Below are positions 59,281 to 64,000 of a stretch of 64,000 nucleotides of DNA, piece by piece; within the stretch, counting starts at the first letter, position 1; the number at the start of each line of letters is the position of its first letter. The stretch comes from the human T2T-CHM13v2.0 reference genome, Homo sapiens. The notes under the pieces were generated by a model. The model ran no database searches and had not been told where the DNA came from. It worked only from the letters and a program-made list of their open reading frames with translations. The stretch is from assembly GCF_009914755.1 (NCBI RefSeq), contig NC_060929.1, one strand, 5' to 3'. The translations under genes were made by a program, and so were the position numbers.

Positions 59281-60009
59281 CTCAAGGCTTTACCAGCTTC
59301 ACACTCTGTATGGCATCAATTGTCAGAATGAGACCACTGCTGGTAGAAGGAGGAATGTTCCAGGTCTTTCCTCCACTGGGGCTCTATGGTCTCCACTGTG
59401 TGTTTTGGGGAAAGCTAGTGCAGGTAATGCTCCCTTTACTGAACACCATTGCTATGGGGTCATAAGACACCCTAGAGTATCCATGTGGCAGACCCAGTTC
59501 TGCACGAGTGCTTGTGGAGGAGAGTGGTAAGAACTCAGTCTCTCTCCTCATTGTTGGGTCGATAGATCAACAGCATCTTTCACACACAGAAGAAGGAGCA
59601 GCTTGGGAAATGTCCCAGAAAAATGCAGCTGTTCTTTGTTTCTGGAGAGGAAGCCAATAACATTTTGTTCCTTGGGGTTCTCAAGAATGAAAATGTGTGC
59701 ATAGCTATAAAAACAAACAAACACATAGGGATAGTTCTCTTACTAACCAATATGTCGCATATATACTTATTTAAGCTCATTCAACAGTAACAGGTATTCT
59801 GGTCTATACTCTACCATGGACTTTGTGTTGAGATGGTCAGCAAAGGGAAGAAGGACAGTTCATCAGCCACTGGATGCTCTCTGGGATATTTCAATTACTC
59901 AGAAATCAAATCTTCTGCAGCTTCTTAAACTACTATCATTTTAAGAACTCATCCTAAAGTCTAGTCCACATAAGTCTAAGCTGCCCACTCTCTGATTTGC
60001 TCCTTGTAG

Positions 60010-60155
60010 TAATTCTGTGCAATACACGGTCATGTATCATTATCCCTGTTTTACAGAGTTGGAAACCAAGGTTTAGGAAGGTAAAATAACTTGCTCAAGG
60101 GCTAGAAAATGCATGGCCTGCACTCAAACACATGTCTCTGGATTCCAAATTCTCA
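60010..60155 (-). mobile_element. MIR
   Basis: ATTATCCCTGTTTTACAGAGTTGGAAACCAAGG...TAACTTGCTCAAGG. Confidence 0.7.
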
Positions 60156-60578
60156 AATTATTCAATTGAGTCAGGAGGAAATTATACTATTTAGGCACAC
60201 CACGGGCCAGAAATCAGCCAATCAACCAAATTAAAGCAGAGGCATTTGAACAAAGACACAGGTATTGGATTCTTATGATTTGTTACTGATATATTATGGC
60301 TTTAATGACCTCACTCCCTCTTTGGGATCCAAGACAAATGTGCACAAGACCAACAGGTAGGACCCGGGCTCTCATTGTATTTGCTCTTCCTCACGGCATG
60401 TTGCCCCTAGCCCAGCCTCAAGCAGCAGGCAGTATCGAGCCTTCAGGTATCTAGCCTCTGGGACAGGCCCATGGGCCATGCAACGTTCAGTTAGAGGCTG
60501 ACTAAGAAAACTGCCATGCATGAAAGGCAGTTGAGAAGAGTAACCCTTGATAGGTACGGGTGTGAGACCTCTCTAGAC

Positions 60579-60865
60579 CAGCACTGTCCCATAGAAATAT
60601 AATGTAACCACATGGGTAATTTTATATTTTCTAGTAGTCACATTAAAAAGAGTCAAACAAGTGAAATAAATTTTAATAAGGTATTTTATTTAACCCAATA
60701 TGTCAAAAATATTTCAGCATGTAATATATAAAAAAATTAGCAATAAGATAGCTTACATTCTTTTTTTGGTACTAAGTCTTTAAAATCTTGGGTACACTTT
60801 ATTTTTGCAGCATATCACAAGTGCTAAGTAGCCATGGGTGTTTAATACCTTATTGGACAGCACAG
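60579..60865. mobile_element. MER33 hAT-Charlie
   Basis: CAGCACTGTCCCATAGAAATATAATG...TATTGGACAGCACAG; flanks CTCTAGAC/GTCCAGAC. Confidence 0.85.
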
Positions 60866-61173
60866 GTCCAGACCATCTCAACACAATTATTAGACTGATG
60901 TATTTAATATATATTAATATAGAATATATAAAGTTTGCTGATGCTTTCTCATTATTTGGAGTTTAATTTGTAACAAGCTAGTTTTCAATTTAATGTAAAG
61001 AATAAGGCTTTGGTTGGTAAGGCAGTAGAGTTTTTTTGAGTATTAGTATTGCCAGATACTGGGTTTTGCTCTAGGAGCACAGGATGAGCAAACGCAACCC
61101 TTTTAAGAGCCCTGGAGTGCTTTGAGTAGAAATATTAAGAAAAGGATAACTATGCATCTGTCTGAAGTTCTGA

Positions 61174-61564
<391 letters not shown>

Positions 61565-61685
61565 TAAAAATCAACAAGTATTTGAGCTCTAGTTGTGAAT
61601 TCCACAATTCTTATGTGTTGTAGGTGATATGAAAAATGTATAAAATAGAATTTTAAGAACTTAGCAGACTTACCTAAAAAAGGAC

Positions 61686-62159
61686 TGTCTTAGGTTTGGT
61701 TCCCTCAAGGTTCCCCACTAAGTTGGGTTTAAGTTGCTTATTTGAGAGGCAATCTCAGGAGACATGACAAGGGAGTGGGGACCTGAGGCCTTGAGGAGAT
61801 GTAAGCGGATACAGGACACATGATGAACGGGTTACTGCCATGGGCAACTGGAACTGCATCGCACTGGGGATTCCCTGAGAGATTGGGTGGAACATGGCTC
61901 AGAATCCACTCAATGAAAGGTAGGGGATCTGGGGCATTTATCTTCCACCTCCTATCCCTCATTCATTAAAAGTCTCATCTGGGATGTTAACACCCAGCAC
62001 TCTGGCTGCCCATACTTGAACTGAGCTTACTCCTGCTGCCAGAGAACACCCTTAGGAAGAGAAGGAAGAGGCAGAAAGCTATAGATGTGCATTGGAATTA
62101 TCACAGGCTATTCTGGTGTAGGCCAAGAAGATATGATTTAGGTTCCTGCAGTGTCTACA
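61686..62159 (-). mobile_element. LTR16-type ERVL LTR
   Basis: TGTCTTAGGTTTGGTTCCC...GGTTACTGCCATGGGCAACTGG...GGGCATTTATC...TCTACA. Confidence 0.75.
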
Positions 62160-62169
62160 ATGATAGTTA

Positions 62170-62365
62170 ACAGTCCTAAGTCCTTACCGAGTTACCAGAC
62201 ACTGTCTTTACCACCGTCCATGTACTCATTCATTTAGTCCTCCCGACTATAAGGTAAGTACCTATTACTATTACTAAAAAAGAGGAAATATGGTGAGGAG
62301 AGGTTGTGTAATTTTTTCAAGGTCATACAATTAAAAAGGGGCAGAACCAGACTGAGTTTGGTGTC
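62170..62365 (-). mobile_element. MIR
   Basis: CTCATTCATTTAGTCCTC...GAGGAAA...AGAGGTTGTGTAATTTTTTCAAGGTCA. Confidence 0.55.
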
Positions 62366-63834
62366 TTAGTCACTGTTTCATTAGTTATCAAATAGTATGA
62401 ATTGCATAAAAACTGAATCTGCCTTTCTGAGAAAGCCTTCCTGGTTATATTTTACAAATTCTAAATATGTATTTCAACAGAAAACTAACTTTAAAAGTCT
62501 CAGTTTTACATTCTGGACTATCTAGACTGTTCTTACCATCAAATTCTCTGTCTGGTAAGTGGGAAAGAAAAGTTCTTTAAACCCAGAAATATTAATAGAT
62601 AAGGCAGGGTTATCACAGACAGAGGCTTGCAAAAAAGAGAGACGGTGAGTATTATAGAAATTAAAAGAGTATGTTTATAGGTCAAGTCCCAAGACTGCAC
62701 ACCTCCAAAAATTTCACAAAATCATGGCATACAAAGACCTCTCTCCCTGCAATCTTTGCTCAGGTAAATGAAATATTGTGGGGCTGGCCTTGTAGCTCCT
62801 GAAACTAATTTTTCTTTTTCTCTCATCCGTGGACTTCTGTTTGACTTCTCCATCAGATCTCTCTTCCCCACACCTGAAGAGTATCTCAGGCAGACCTTTC
62901 CCCTTCTAGTTACTGTCACATCCCAAGCAGGTCTTATTTTCAGGTATCACAAAGTCTAGTTCCTCTAAACCCAAACTTCAGTTTCTCATGTGCTTCAAAG
63001 CTCCTCTCCTCTGCCATTTCGGGCCTGACCCAGACTCAGATACTTGCATTAGGGAAGAGCAGAGGGTATTGATTGGTTCTTTATTCACCTGTGACACCCT
63101 CCCCCAACTTCCTCTGCTGCATCGAACTCCTCCAGAACCAGGGCAAGGGGATGGAGAGAGGAGAAGAGGCAGAAAGTCTTATCTGAGGAGCACTGCTGCA
63201 GTACAGTCTTGGTGCCACCTACATGGCAAACCCTGGCTTTTTCTTTCATCTTCCCAGTTTTGTTGGCTTGTTGGAGATCTCCTTGCAGGGACATCTCTCC
63301 GAAACCCCCTTAGCTCCTACATGACAGTTTACCCACCAGTCTCTTTCTGCTGGGCTGGCCAGTCCCTGAAGGTGGGACTGGACTGGTGGGGCCTGGCTCC
63401 TTTCAAGGCAGCCAGAGTCCGGCTGTCATTTGAGGTGTCCTTCCTGCCCCCATGAATGACACTCATTCCTCCCACCTCAGGTGAAAATGCTATTTGTTTT
63501 GCCTTTAGCTCTCTCTCTTACCCACCATCGAGGCTTGTTCCATCAGCTTCCCCCTTTGGATTTTTGCAGGCTTTATGCCCTCCCAATCCTGGGGAACATC
63601 TGCTGAACTTTCCTAAGAATTAGCTCTGATCCCATAGCAGCCTTGCGCTTCTGCAGTCTGCAAGCAACTTGCTTTGGAGTAGGTGGGCAAGATTGAGAGG
63701 TATTCTCCCCTGCTGACCAGCGCCTTCACTTCCCCTCCCCTCCCATTATACACTTGCATTGACTAAGAGGAGGGGAGGAAATATTCTGTGTTCAGAGAAA
63801 TTCTCCCTCACTAACCTTCCAGCATCATTATTAC

Positions 63835-64000
63835 CTTTTCCTTTTCGTTTCCTTTTCTTTTCTTTCTTTTTTTTTGTTTATTTGTTTGTTTCTTTGTTTT
63901 TTTGAGACAGAGTCTTACTCTTGTTTCTCAGGCTGGAGAGCAATGGCATGATCCCGGCTCACTGCAACCTCCACCTCCCGGGTTCAAGCAATTCTCCTGC
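63835..64000 (-). mobile_element. Alu 3' part (cut by window end)
   Basis: T-rich tail then GAGACAGAGTCTTACTCTTG...CTCACTGCAACCTCC. Confidence 0.92.

Overview
Primate (human-like) non-coding genomic DNA, roughly half transposon-derived; I could not identify the locus. There is no credible host protein-coding gene: the supplied ORFs are Alu/LTR/microsatellite read-throughs or fragments of L1 ORF1/ORF2. The largest feature is a near-full-length, inactivated L1PA7-like LINE-1 (12755-19249, 15-bp TSD, Alu inserted in ORF2). There are about 15 Alus, many MaLR/ERVL LTRs (several with perfect 5-bp TSDs), a nested MaLR stack at 54.3-57.3 kb, hAT/Tigger DNA-transposon fossils and L2/MIR relics. I found no new gene system. 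The most unusual signal is three short (70-92 bp) non-tandem direct duplications spaced 1.3-2.0 kb apart within 22 kb, lacking TSD/poly(A) and pasted into or next to older repeats, which look like DNA-templated repair insertions. Also notable: a poly(A)-only retrotransposition scar, and a hairpin/tandem-repeat junction scar that contains a perfect RFX X-box. Subfamily names come from my recall of consensus sequences, and boundaries of old repeats are approximate.
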